Positions 1 through 9,172 of a stretch of 32,000 nucleotides of DNA are shown in pieces. The number at the start of each line of letters is the position of its first letter. Position 1 is the stretch's first letter. Origin of the DNA: Cereibacter sphaeroides 2.4.1 (GTDB lineage: Bacteria > Pseudomonadota > Alphaproteobacteria > Rhodobacterales > Rhodobacteraceae); NCBI RefSeq assembly GCF_000012905.2, contig NC_007494.2, forward strand, positions 780,001 through 812,000, in the 5' to 3' direction. The notes beneath the pieces are model-generated. The model had not been told where the DNA came from and did no database searches. It worked only from the letters and a program-made list of their open reading frames with translations. The translations under genes were made by a program, and so were the position numbers.

Positions 1-3000
1 ACGGCGCTCGTCACCGGGACCCATGTCGACGGGAACGGCGACAAGACCGAGGTCGAGGACGTCTCCGGCACCGACGCCGCGAACGACCTTCCGACCCGCA
101 GCGACGTCGAGGCCGCGCCCGCCATCGCGCTGGTGAAGACCGTCGACCTCTCGGCCCTCTCGAGCCCGGTCGCGGCGGGCGACGTGCTAAGCTACGGCTT
201 CGCCGTGACCAACACGGGCAACGTCACGCTCACGAATGTGACCGTGACCGACGACAGCCTCGCGGATCTCGTGCTGACGGGCGGCCCCATCGCCTCGCTC
301 GCGCCGAACGCCACCGACAGCACGAGCTACAGCGCGAGCTACACGCTGACCCAGGCCGACATCGACCGCGGCTTCGTCGAGAACACGGCGCTTTCCACCG
401 GCACCTACACCGACGGCGCAGGGGTCGAGACGGAGGTCGAGGACGCGTCGGGCACCGACACGAGCAACGACCTGCCCACGCGCGCCGATCTCGACGCCCT
501 GCCCTCCATCGCACTGGTCAAGACGGTCGACGCCTCGGCGGTCTCCTCTCCGGCGGCGGTGGGCGATCTGCTCAGCTACAGCTTCACGGTGACGAACACC
601 GGCAACGTGACGCTGACCGACGTGACGGTGACGGACGACAGCCTTGCCGACCTCGTGCTCGCGGGGGATCCGATCCCGACGCTCGCGCCGGGTGCGGCGG
701 ACGCCACCACCTACACCGCGACCTATGCGCTGAAACAGGCCGACATCGACCGCGGCTACGTCGAGAACACGGCACTTGTCACCGGCACCCACACCGATGG
801 CGCGGGCGTCGAGACGGAGGTCGAGGATATCTCCGGCACCGAGGCCACCAACGATACGGCGACGCGCGCCGATCTGGGGACCACTCCCTCGATCGCGCTG
901 GTGAAGGCCGTCGATCTTTCGGCCGTCTCCTCTCCGGCGGCGGTGGGCGACCTGCTCACCTACAGCTTCACGGTGACGAACACCGGCAACGTGACGCTGA
1001 CCGACGTGACGGTGAGCGACGACAGCCTCGCCGATCTGATCCTCGCCGGCGACCCGATCCCGTCGCTCGCGCCGGGTGCGACCGATGCCACCGCCTACAG
1101 CGCCACCTATGCGCTGAAGCAGGCCGACATCGACCGCGGCTTCGTCGAGAACACCGCGCTCGTCACCGGCATCCACACCGATGGCGCAGGCGTCGAGACC
1201 GAGGTCGAGGACATCTCCGGCACCGAGGCCACCAACGACACGCTGACACGCGCCGATCTCGAGACCGCGCCCGCCCTCGCGCTGGTGAAGACTGTCGATG
1301 CTTCGGCCGTCTCCTCGCCGGCGGCGGTGGGTGAGCTGCTGACCTACAGCTTTGCCGTGACCAACACCGGCAACGTGACCCTGACCGGCGTCACCGTGAC
1401 GGACGACAGCCTCGCGGGTCTCGTGCTCGCGGGAAGCCCTGTCCCGACGCTCGCGCCGGGTGCGACCGATGCCACCGCCTACACCGCGACCTATGCGCTG
1501 ACGCAGGCGGACATCGACCGCGGCTTCGTCGAGAACACCGCGCTCGCCACCGGCACCTACACCGATGGCGCGGGGATCGAGACCGAGGTCGAGGACATCT
1601 CCGGCACCGAGGCCACCAACGACACGCCGACCCGCGCCGATCTGGACACCACGCCCTCCATCGCGCTGGTGAAGACGGTCGATGCTTCGGCGGTCTCCTC
1701 TCCGGCGGCGGTGGGCGATCTGCTCAGCTACAGCTTCACGGTGACGAACACCGGCAACGTGACCCTGACCGACGTGACCCTGAACGACGACAGCCTCGCG
1801 GATCTCGTGCTCACCGGCGGCCCGATCCCGTCGCTGGCACCGGGCGCGGCGGACGCCACGACCTACACGGCGAGCTATGCGCTGAAACAGGCGGACATCG
1901 ACCGCGGCTATGTCGAGAACACGGCGCTCGTTACCGGCACCCATACCGACGGCGCAGGGGTCGAGACCGAGGTCGAGGACATCTCCGGCACCGAGGCCAC
2001 CAACGACACGGTGACCCGCGCCGATCTGGGCACCGCGCCGGCCATCGTTCTGGTCAAGACGGTCGACGCCTCGGCGGTCTCCTCGCCGGCGGCGGTGGGC
2101 GATCTGCTCAGCTACAGCTTCACCGTGACCAACACCGGCAACGTGACGCTGACCGATGTGACCGTCACCGACGACAGCCTGCCGGGTCTCGTGCTCACCG
2201 GCGACCCGATCCCGTCGCTCGCACCGAATGCGACCGATGCCACCACCTACACGGCGAGCTATGCGCTGAAGCAGGCGGACATCGACCGCGGCTATGTCGA
2301 GAACACCGCGCTCGTCACCGGCACTCATACGGATGGCGCAGGGGTCGAGACCGAGGTCGAGGATATTTCCGGCACGGAGGCCACCAACGACACGCTGACG
2401 CGCGCCGATCTCGACGCCCTGCCCTCCATCGCGCTGGTCAAGGAGGTCGATGTCTCGGCCGTCTCCTCTCCGGCAGCGGTGGGCGACCTGCTCACCTACA
2501 GCTTCACGGTGACGAACACCGGCAACGTGACGCTGACGGATGTCACGGTGACGGACACGAGCCTGCCGGGCCTCACCCTCACGGGCGGGACCATTGCCAG
2601 CCTCGCTCCGAAGGCAAGCGACACCGCCACCTACACGGCGAGCTATGCGCTCACTCAGGAGGATCTCGACCGGGGCTTCGTCGAGAATACCGCGCGTGTG
2701 ACCGGCACCTATACCGACGGCACGGGCGGCGAAACCGAAGTCGAGGACATCTCCGGCACCGACGCGGGCAATGACACTCCCACCGAAGCCCTGATCGAGC
2801 CGGCCCCGGCCCTCGCGCTGGTGAAGACGGTTGATCTCTCGGGTCTCGGCACGCCGGCGGAAGTGGGCGAGGCGCTCACCTACAGCTTCACGGTGACCAA
2901 CACCGGCAATGTGACGCTGACGGATGTGACCGTGACGGACACGAGCCTGCCGGGCCTCGTCCTTACCGGCAGCCCGATCGCCCGCCTCGCCCCCGGCGAG

Positions 3001-5322
3001 AGCGACAGCACCGCCTACAGCGCGCGCTATGCCCTGACGCAGGAGGATCTCGACCGCGGCTTCGTCGAGAACACGGCGCTGGCCACCGGCCTCCATACGG
3101 ACGGCACCGGGCGGGAGACGCAGGTCGAGGATGTCTCGGGCACCGACGTCGGTCGCGACGATCCGACCGTGGCTCCGGTGGGGCAGGCGCCGGCCGTGGC
3201 GCTGGTCAAGGCGGTGGACGCTTCGGCCGTCTCCTCGCCGCCGGCGGTGGGCGACCCGCTGACCTACAGCTTCACCGTGACGAACACGGGCAGCGTGACG
3301 CTGACGGACGTGACCGTCACCGACGACAGCCTTCCGGGCCTCGTGCTGGCGGGCAGTCCCATCCCGCGCCTTGCGCCGGGCGAGAGCGACAGCACGACCT
3401 ACAGCGCCCGCTACCTGCTGACGCAGGAGGATCTCGATCAGGGTCGGGTGTCGAACACGGCGCGCGTCACCGGCAGCTACCGGGCGCCCGACGGCTCGGC
3501 CGACACCGTCACCGACATCTCGGGCACCGAGATCGAGAACGACGATCCGACCGACACCGAGTTCGCGCCCGTCCCCGGCATCGCGCTCGTGAAGACGGCC
3601 GATGTCTCGGGCATCGGCAGCCCGGCGGCCATCGGCGAATTGGTCCGCTACAGCTTCACCGTGACGAACACGGGCAACGTGACGCTCGCGGATGTGACGG
3701 TGAGCGACACGAGCCTGCCGGGCCTCGTCCTGAGCGGCAGCCCGATCGGGCGGCTTGCTCCGGGCGAGAGCGACAGCGTGACCTACAGTGCCGCCTATGC
3801 GCTGACGCAGGCAGACCTCGACCGCGGCGTCATCGAGAACACGGCCCGGGCCACGGGCGCGTATCGCGGGCCGGATGGCGAACCGGGCACGGTCGAGGAC
3901 ATCTCGGGCACCGAGGCGGAGAACGATGATCCGACCCTGTCGCTCGTGCCGCAGACGCCCGGGATCGCCCTCGTCAAGGAGGTGGCGGACGAGTCCGTCA
4001 GCACGCGCCCGGCCCTGGGCGACGAGCTTCTCTACCGCTTCACGGTGACGAACACCGGCAACGTGACCCTCACCGACGTCACCCTGACCGACGATCTGGC
4101 GGGCGCGGTGGTCTCGGGCGGCCCCATCGCCGCACTGGCGCCGGGCGAGACCGACAGCACCACCTTCACGGCACGCTATGCGCTGACGGCGGCGGATCTC
4201 GAGCGGGGGCAGGTCGCGAACACGGCCCGCGTCAGCGGGACCAATCCGGGCGATCCCGACACGCCGGTGACGGATGTCTCGGGCACCGAGGTGGGCAATG
4301 ACACGCCGACCGTGGTCGAGCTCGACGTGCCCACGGATGTGACGGCCACCAAGACCGCCAGCCCCGAGCGCGTGGTCATCGGCGAGACCGTCTCCTATGT
4401 GCTGGCCTTCACCAACGACGCGCCGCGCTCGATGCGCGAGGTGGTGCTGGTCGACCGGATGCCCGACGGCCTCGTCTATACGCCCGGCAGCGCCACGCTC
4501 GACGGCACGCCTCTGGAGCCCGAAGTCAGCGGCCGCTTCCTGCGCTGGCAGGCGGACACCCTGCCCGCGGGCGGCACGATCACCGTGCGCTTCGCCGCGC
4601 GCGTGCTGGGGGCTGCGCCCTACGGGCCGCTCACCAACAAGACCTGGCTCCTCGACCGCACGGGCCAGCGCTCCTCGAACGTGGCGGAGGCCGTGGTGAT
4701 CCGCGAGCCCGAGCATGTGTTCGAATGCGCCGACATCATCGGGAAGGTCTTCGACGACCGGAACATGAACGGCTATCAGGATCCGATCGACGGCGCGGCC
4801 CACGGCCGCGGCGCCGAGGCCGAAGAGCCGGGCATCCCCGATGTGCGTCTCGCGACGCCGAACGGGACCCTGATCCAGACCGACAAGTTCGGCCGCTTCC
4901 ACGTCCCCTGCGCCGAGCTACCCGGCCAGACCGGCGCGAACTTCACGCTGAAGCTCGACACCCGCTCCCTGCCCTCGGGCTACCGGGTGACGACCGAGAA
5001 CCCGCGCACGATCCGCGTCACGCCGGGCAAGATGGCCAAGCTGAACTTCGGCGCGGCTCTGGGCCGGGTGGTGCGGCTCGACCTGACGGCGGCGGCCTTC
5101 GCGGACGGCCGGCCGACCGCGGCCTTCGCCCGGGCGCTCGAGCAGACGGCGGCAAGCCTCGGCGATGCGCCGGTGGTGGTGCGGATCAGCACCCGGCAGG
5201 ACGCCGGCGGCGCGGGCGCGGCAAAAGCGCGGCTCGATGCGGCCGAGGCGCTGGTGCGCAAGGCCTGGAAGGGTCGGGCCGGGCCGGTGCTCATCGAACG
5301 CACGATCCAGCGGGACCAGTAA
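1..5322 (+). CDS. Giant repetitive cell-surface protein (DUF11 / 'conserved repeat domain' type), 5'-truncated by the window edge
   Basis: Frame 1 is open from base 1 (TALVTGTHVDGNGDKTEVEDVSGTD... continues the repeat), so the GTG at 133 in the ORF track is internal. There are 11 in-register 128-aa units, each reading ...ALVK.VD.SAVSSPAAVGDLLxYSFTVTNTGNVTLTDVTVxDDSL...LAPG..D...Y.A.Y.L.Q.D.DRG.VENTA...G. A 12th divergent unit (VTATKTASPERVVIGETVSYVLAFTND) follows. Next is an SdrD/Cna-B-like segment (IGKVFDDRNMNGYQDP...GIPDVRLATPNGTLIQTDKFGRFHV) and an unassigned ~100-aa tail. Stop TAA is at 5320-5322. Confidence 0.9.
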   Translation, partial: TALVTGTHVDGNGDKTEVEDVSGTDAANDLPTRSDVEAAPAIALVKTVDLSALSSPVAAGDVLSYGFAVTNTGNVTLTNVTVTDDSLADLVLTGGPIASLAPNATDSTSYSASYTLTQADIDRGFVENTALSTGTYTDGAGVETEVEDASGTDTSNDLPTRADLDALPSIALVKTVDASAVSSPAAVGDLLSYSFTVTNTGNVTLTDVTVTDDSLADLVLAGDPIPTLAPGAADATTYTATYALKQADIDRGYVENTALVTGTHTDGAGVETEVEDISGTEATNDTATRADLGTTPSIALVKAVDLSAVSSPAAVGDLLTYSFTVTNTGNVTLTDVTVSDDSLADLILAGDPIPSLAPGATDATAYSATYALKQADIDRGFVENTALVTGIHTDGAGVETEVEDISGTEATNDTLTRADLETAPALALVKTVDASAVSSPAAVGELLTYSFAVTNTGNVTLTGVTVTDDSLAGLVLAGSPVPTLAPGATDATAYTATYALTQADIDRGFVENTALATGTYTDGAGIETEVEDISGTEATNDTPTRADLDTTPSIALVKTVDASAVSSPAAVGDLLSYSFTVTNTGNVTLTDVTLNDDSLADLVLTGGPIPSLAPGAADATTYTASYALKQADIDRGYVENTALVTGTHTDGAGVETEVEDISGTEATNDTVTRADLGTAPAIVLVKTVDASAVSSPAAVGDLLSYSFTVTNTGNVTLTDVTVTDDSLPGLVLTGDPIPSLAPNATDATTYTASYALKQADIDRGYVENTALVTGTHTDGAGVETEVEDISGTEATNDTLTRADLDALPSIALVKEVDVSAVSSPAAVGDLLTYSFTVTNTGNVTLTDVTVTDTSLPGLTLTGGTIASLAPKASDTATYTASYALTQEDLDRGFVENTARVTGTYTDGTGGETEVEDISGTDAGNDTPTEALIEPAPALALVKTVDLSGLGTPAEVGEALTYSFTVTNTGNVTLTDVTVTDTSLPGLVLTGSPIARLAPGESDSTAYSARYALTQEDLDRGFVENTALATGLHTDGTGRETQVEDVSGTDVGRDDPTVAPVGQAPAVALVKAVDASAVSSPPAVGDPLTYSFTVTNTGSVTLTDVTVTDDSLPGLVLAGSPIPRLAPGESDSTTYSARYLLTQEDLDQGRVSNTARVTGSYRAPDGSADTVTDISGTEIENDDPTDTEFAPVPGIALVKTADVSGIGSPAAIGELVRYSFTVTNTGNVTLADVTVSDTSLPGLVLSGSPIGRLAPGESDSVTYSAAYALTQADLDRGVIENTARATGAYRGPDGEPGTVEDISGTEAENDDPTLSLVPQTPGIALVKEVADESVSTRPALGDELLYRFTVTNTGNVTLTDVTLTDDLAGAVVSGGPIAALAPGETDSTTFTARYALTAADLERGQVANTARVSGTNPGDPDTPVTDVSGTEVGNDTPTVVELDVPTDVTATKTASPERVVIGETVSYVLAFTNDAPRSMREVVLVDRMPDGLVYTPGSATLDGTPLEPEVSGRFLRWQADTLPAGGTITVRFAARVLGAAPYGPLTNKTWLLDRTGQRSSNVAEAVVIREPEHVFECADIIGKVFDDRNMNGYQDPIDGAAHGRGAEAEEPGIPDVRLATPNGTLIQTDKFGRFHVPCAELPGQTGANFTLKLDTRSLPSGYRVTTENPRTIRVTPGKMAKLNFGAALGRVVRLDLTAAAFADGRPTAAFARALEQTAASLGDAPVVVRISTRQDAGGAGAAKARLDAAEALVRKAWKGRAGPVLIERTIQRDQ
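133..4356 (+). repeat. Tandem in-frame coding repeats, 11 units of exactly 384 bp
   Basis: The Val codon of the LVK motif falls at 133, 517, 901, 1285, 1669, 2053, 2437, 2821, 3205, 3589 and 3973, a constant 384-nt step that I checked against the sequence lines. The 5' units are about 90% identical at protein level by eye. The 3' units (from ~2437) shift to a QEDLDRG / PGESDS subtype and diverge progressively. Confidence 0.9.
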
Positions 5323-5335
5323 GAGGATGACCAGA

Positions 5336-8300
5336 ATGTTCGGAATGAACGTGCGCGCGCTCGCGGGCCTCTCGGTCTCGCTGCTGGCCCTCGGCGCAGG
5401 CAGCGCGCTGGCGGAGGACTGCGCGGGCAGGCCCGGCCCGTCGGCGATGGAAGCCTGCGATCAGGTGGCGCTGCCCGTGGGCGAGAATACCGAGGCCGGG
5501 GGCCCGGTGGTGCAGCCTCCGCTGGGCGGCGACGGCTTCCTGATCTCGGTGGACGGCGCGCCGGCCGCGGGCGATCCCGCAACGGCCGACGGCCAGCGGC
5601 AGGCGGACCTCCGGCTCTCGGACGCCGATGTGGATCTGCGCTTCGACGGTTTCGGCGTGGCGCCGCGGCTCGATGCGGGCCGGGCCGATCCGGGACCCGC
5701 CGGGCCGGGCGACCGCGTGGTGCTGCGGAGCCGGACCAACTATCCGGCCTTCCTCGCCCGGGCCGAGTTCCGCATCTATGACATGGACGCCTCGGGCGGC
5801 GGCACGCGGCTCCTGACCACCGTTCCGGTCGCGCCGAACGGCGAGGCGGCGCTCACGCTGCCCGAGGGGCGCGATCTTCAGTATGTGCTGCGCGTCTACG
5901 ACCGCGCGGGTCGCTACGACGAGACAGCCCCCCTGCCCTTCGGCGCCCCCGACCGCCGCGGCCTCGCCTTCGGCGCGGGCGAGGAGGAGGGGTCGGACAA
6001 TGCGACCCAGCGCAACATCCCGATCCGGGGCGGCGCGGTGACGGTGCATGTGCGCAACCTCGCACCGGGCGCGCGGCTCGAGACGCTGGGCACGAGCGTG
6101 GTCCCCGATCCGTCGGGCGCGGCCGTCGTGCAGCGCATCCTGCCGCCGGGCCATCACGGGATCGACGTGCGGGTGCCGGGCGCGCTCGACATCACGCGCG
6201 ACCTGACGATCCCCGCCTCGGACTGGTTCACCGTGGGCGTGGCCGACCTCAGCTTCGGCCGCCGCATGGGCTCGCTGCCCGAGGGCACCGACAAGACGTG
6301 GCAGCGCGGGCGGCTGCAGTTCTACGCCAAGGGCAAGACCGCCCGCGGCTACGAGATCACCGCCTCGGCCGACACGCGCGAGGACGATCTGTCGGACCTT
6401 CTGGGCAACGTGCTCGACAAGGATCCGCGCGCGGTGCTCGGCCGGCTCGATCCCGATCTCTACTATCCGACCTACGGCGACGACTCGATCCTCACCGACG
6501 ACACGCCCACCTCCTCGGGCCTCTATGTGAAGGTGGAGAAGGACGGCAGTTTCGGCCTATGGGGCGACTTCAAGTCGAAGAGCCGCGGCACCGAGCTTCT
6601 GCGCAACGAGCGCAGCCTCTATGGCGGCCAGCTCGTGCTGCAGAGCCGGGCGACCACGCCCGGGGGCGAGGCGCGGCTGCGCTTCGAGGGCTATGCGGCC
6701 GAACCGGACCAGCTGCCGCAGCGCGATCTGCTGCGCGGCACCGGCGGCTCGGTCTATTTCCTGTCGCGTCAGGACCTTCTGGAAGGATCCGAGACGCTGA
6801 CCGTTCAGGTCCGCGATCCCGATACCGGCCGGGTGATCTCGACCCGCGGCCTCGTGAACGGGCAGGATTACTCGGTCAATTACGCGCAGGGGGTGGTGAC
6901 GCTTTACGCGCCGCTCTCCTCCTATGCGGGCACCTCCGGGCTCCTGTCCGGCAGCGCGGTGGGCGAGGACGATCTCTATCTTGTGGCGCAATATGAATGG
7001 GCGCCGGTGACGGGCGACGTCGACGGCATGGCCTTCGGCGCGCGCGTCGAGGCCTGGGCCACCGACCGGCTGCGGCTGGGGATGAGCGGTCAGGTGGACC
7101 GCACCGGTCTTGCCGACCAGACCTCGACCGGGGCCGACCTGCTCTGGAAACTGTCCGAGGGCACCTATCTCGAGGCCGAGGCCGCGCGCTCTGAGGGGCC
7201 GGGCTTCGGCTTCACCAGCTCGATCGACGGCGGCCTCACGCTCGAGACGACCGATCCGGTCGACGGCACCGGCGAGGGCTACCGGCTGAAGGCGCGGGCC
7301 GATCTGGCGGACCTCCGGCCCGGCACGGAGGGCCATGTCGAGGTCTGGGCCGAGCGGCGCACGGCGGGCTTCTCCTCCATCGACCATCAGACGACCGAGG
7401 ACGAGGAGCTCTGGGGCCTCGAGACCGAGGTCGCGACGTCGGAGCGCGGAAGGCTCGCCTTCCGCTACGAACATTACCGCAAAGATCCCGACGAGAAGCT
7501 CGACGAGGCGCGGCTGGGCTATGCCCACCGGCTGAACGACCGCGACACGGTGGAGCTGGCCTTCGGCCATCTCGACCGCGAGGATCCGGGCCGCGCCGAC
7601 CGTACGGGGCGCAGGCAGGATGCGGGCGCGGGCTTCCGCCGCGAGCTCTCGGACCTGCTGAGCTGGGAGCTCTGGGGGCGCACCACCGTGGCCCGGTCGG
7701 GCGGGATCGAGCGCGCGGACCGCGCGGGCGTCAAGCTCGACACGGCACTCGGGCAGGACTGGCGGCTGCAGACCGGGATTTCGGCCGGCCACACCGGCTG
7801 GGGCGGCGAGATCATGCTGCGCCGCGAGAAGGATGCGGCCGAGAGCACCTATCTCGGTTATGTGCTCGATCCCGACCGGACGCTCGACGACGTGACCCTG
7901 ACCGGGCGCGACCACGGCAAGTTCGTGGGCGGCGCACGGCGCAAGCTGGGCGAGAGCACCTCGGTCTTCGGCGAGAACAGCTACGACCTCTTCGGCCAGC
8001 GGCGCACCCTCGCCTCCTCCTACGGCGTGGAATATGCCGCGAGCGAGCGAACGGTCTGGACCGGGGCCGCCGAGTTCGGCCGCGTGGCCGACGATGCGAC
8101 GGGCGATCTCGACCGCGTGGCGCTCTCGTTCGGGGTGCGCTACGACGATGGCAAGCGGCTCTCGATGAAGGGCCGGCTGGAGCTGCGACGCGACAGCGGG
8201 ACCTACGAGGGGCGCGACCGCGATGCGGACACGATCCTCGGCACGGGCACGGTGCGCTATGCGCTGAACGACGCCGAGCGGATCGTGTCGAGCCTGCAGT

Positions 8301-8854
8301 TCGTGCTGCCCGACAACGGCACCGCCACCCTGCCCGAGGGCGACTACATCCGCTACGATCTGGGCTATGCGCTGCGGCCCACCGACAACGACCGGCTGAA
8401 CCTGCTCGCGAAATACCAGTATCTCTACGATCTCTACGGTCAGGAGACGGACGGGGTGCAGAGCCGGAGCCCGCGGCAGAAGACCCATGTGGTGAGCCTC
8501 GATGCCGAATATGACGTGACCGAACGCTGGACGCTGGGCGGCAAGCTGGGGATGCGGTTCGGCGCGAGCTCGGCCGCCGAGGGCGAGGCCTTCGTGGATA
8601 ACGACGCCTGGCTGGGCGTGGTCAGCGCGCGCTATCACCTCGTGCACAACTGGGACCTGCTGGCCGAGGTGCGGCAGCTGCATGCCGAACAGGCGGGCAC
8701 GACCGAGACCGGCGTGCTGGTGGGCGGCTACCGGCAGGTCAACCGGAACATGTCGATGGGGCTGATCTACAATTTCGGCCGGTTCTCGGACGATCTGACC
8801 GACCTCGTGCAGGACGACAAGGGGCTGGCGCTGAACCTGATCGCGCAGTTCTGA
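5336..8854 (+). CDS. Large outer-membrane beta-barrel protein (~1170 aa), family unassigned
   Basis: AAGAGG at 5321-5326 lies 9 nt before ATG 5336 (alternative ATG at 5327). Signal peptide: MFGMNVRALAGLSVSLLALGAGSALA/ED. The C-terminal ~700 aa show repeated amphipathic beta-strand patterns (e.g. RVALSFGVRYDD, THVVSLDAEYDV, WTLGGKLGMRFG, GVLVGGYRQV, SMGLIYNFGRF). The protein ends in ...LALNLIAQF, and a terminal Phe is the classical OMP beta-signal. The upstream extension to 5165 overlaps the previous gene and is rejected. Confidence 0.75.
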   Translation: MFGMNVRALAGLSVSLLALGAGSALAEDCAGRPGPSAMEACDQVALPVGENTEAGGPVVQPPLGGDGFLISVDGAPAAGDPATADGQRQADLRLSDADVDLRFDGFGVAPRLDAGRADPGPAGPGDRVVLRSRTNYPAFLARAEFRIYDMDASGGGTRLLTTVPVAPNGEAALTLPEGRDLQYVLRVYDRAGRYDETAPLPFGAPDRRGLAFGAGEEEGSDNATQRNIPIRGGAVTVHVRNLAPGARLETLGTSVVPDPSGAAVVQRILPPGHHGIDVRVPGALDITRDLTIPASDWFTVGVADLSFGRRMGSLPEGTDKTWQRGRLQFYAKGKTARGYEITASADTREDDLSDLLGNVLDKDPRAVLGRLDPDLYYPTYGDDSILTDDTPTSSGLYVKVEKDGSFGLWGDFKSKSRGTELLRNERSLYGGQLVLQSRATTPGGEARLRFEGYAAEPDQLPQRDLLRGTGGSVYFLSRQDLLEGSETLTVQVRDPDTGRVISTRGLVNGQDYSVNYAQGVVTLYAPLSSYAGTSGLLSGSAVGEDDLYLVAQYEWAPVTGDVDGMAFGARVEAWATDRLRLGMSGQVDRTGLADQTSTGADLLWKLSEGTYLEAEAARSEGPGFGFTSSIDGGLTLETTDPVDGTGEGYRLKARADLADLRPGTEGHVEVWAERRTAGFSSIDHQTTEDEELWGLETEVATSERGRLAFRYEHYRKDPDEKLDEARLGYAHRLNDRDTVELAFGHLDREDPGRADRTGRRQDAGAGFRRELSDLLSWELWGRTTVARSGGIERADRAGVKLDTALGQDWRLQTGISAGHTGWGGEIMLRREKDAAESTYLGYVLDPDRTLDDVTLTGRDHGKFVGGARRKLGESTSVFGENSYDLFGQRRTLASSYGVEYAASERTVWTGAAEFGRVADDATGDLDRVALSFGVRYDDGKRLSMKGRLELRRDSGTYEGRDRDADTILGTGTVRYALNDAERIVSSLQFVLPDNGTATLPEGDYIRYDLGYALRPTDNDRLNLLAKYQYLYDLYGQETDGVQSRSPRQKTHVVSLDAEYDVTERWTLGGKLGMRFGASSAAEGEAFVDNDAWLGVVSARYHLVHNWDLLAEVRQLHAEQAGTTETGVLVGGYRQVNRNMSMGLIYNFGRFSDDLTDLVQDDKGLALNLIAQF

Positions 8855-8865
8855 CACGCAGGAGG

Positions 8866-8902
8866 CGGGGGGCGCTGCCCCCCGTCCGCGCCTTCGGCGC
8901 GG
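8866..8902 (+). terminator. Two tandem GC-rich hairpins (REP-like), candidate terminator after the OMP gene
   Basis: The first hairpin is CGGGGGGC-gct-GCCCCCCG (8866-8884). The second is CCGCGCC-ttc-GGCGCGG (8886-8902). They start 12 nt after the TGA at 8852-8854. There is no U-tract. They are followed by CCCCCCGGGATATTTGGACAGAGTGAAGAGG (8932-8962). Confidence 0.4.
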
Positions 8903-9172
8903 GCAGGGAGCGGCGGTGCCGCCCCCTGCGGTCCCCCCGGGATATTTGGACAGAGTGAAGAGGCGAGGGACGGCAGGCCCGGCCTGCGCGCCGCACCCAA
9001 GGCAGCGTGTTCGCGGCGGGGCTCGTTCGGCTCGGGCGACGGCGCCGAGCCGTCGGCCGTCTGCGAAAGCCGCGGCGTGGGATCCGCACCCGGAGGGCAG
9101 ACGGGAGCGGCCGGCCTCTGGCTCAGGGCGGGCGCGGGTGCGGCCGCCCGGGAGACCGGGCGGCGGCGGGCG

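Noticed and set aside
187-4902. 1571-aa ORF antisense to the giant repeat gene, plus several short minus-strand ORFs inside it
   Set aside because: The ORF is a stop-free antisense frame created by high GC and the repetitive sense sequence. Its product is Arg/Gly/Asp/His-rich nonsense with no signal or domain. The sense frame has clear domain repeats.
5165-5335. Upstream extension of the OMP ORF to the ATG at 5165
   Set aside because: The extension would overlap the giant gene's 3' end by 158 nt and encodes an Arg-rich, non-signal sequence. An RBS plus a signal peptide begin at 5327/5336.
6557-8857. 766-aa minus-strand ORF (and the 5291-6157 one) opposite the OMP gene
   Set aside because: These are antisense artefacts. 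They have no motifs and an Arg/Ala/Gly/His-rich composition. The plus frame has OMP features and a proper start and stop context.
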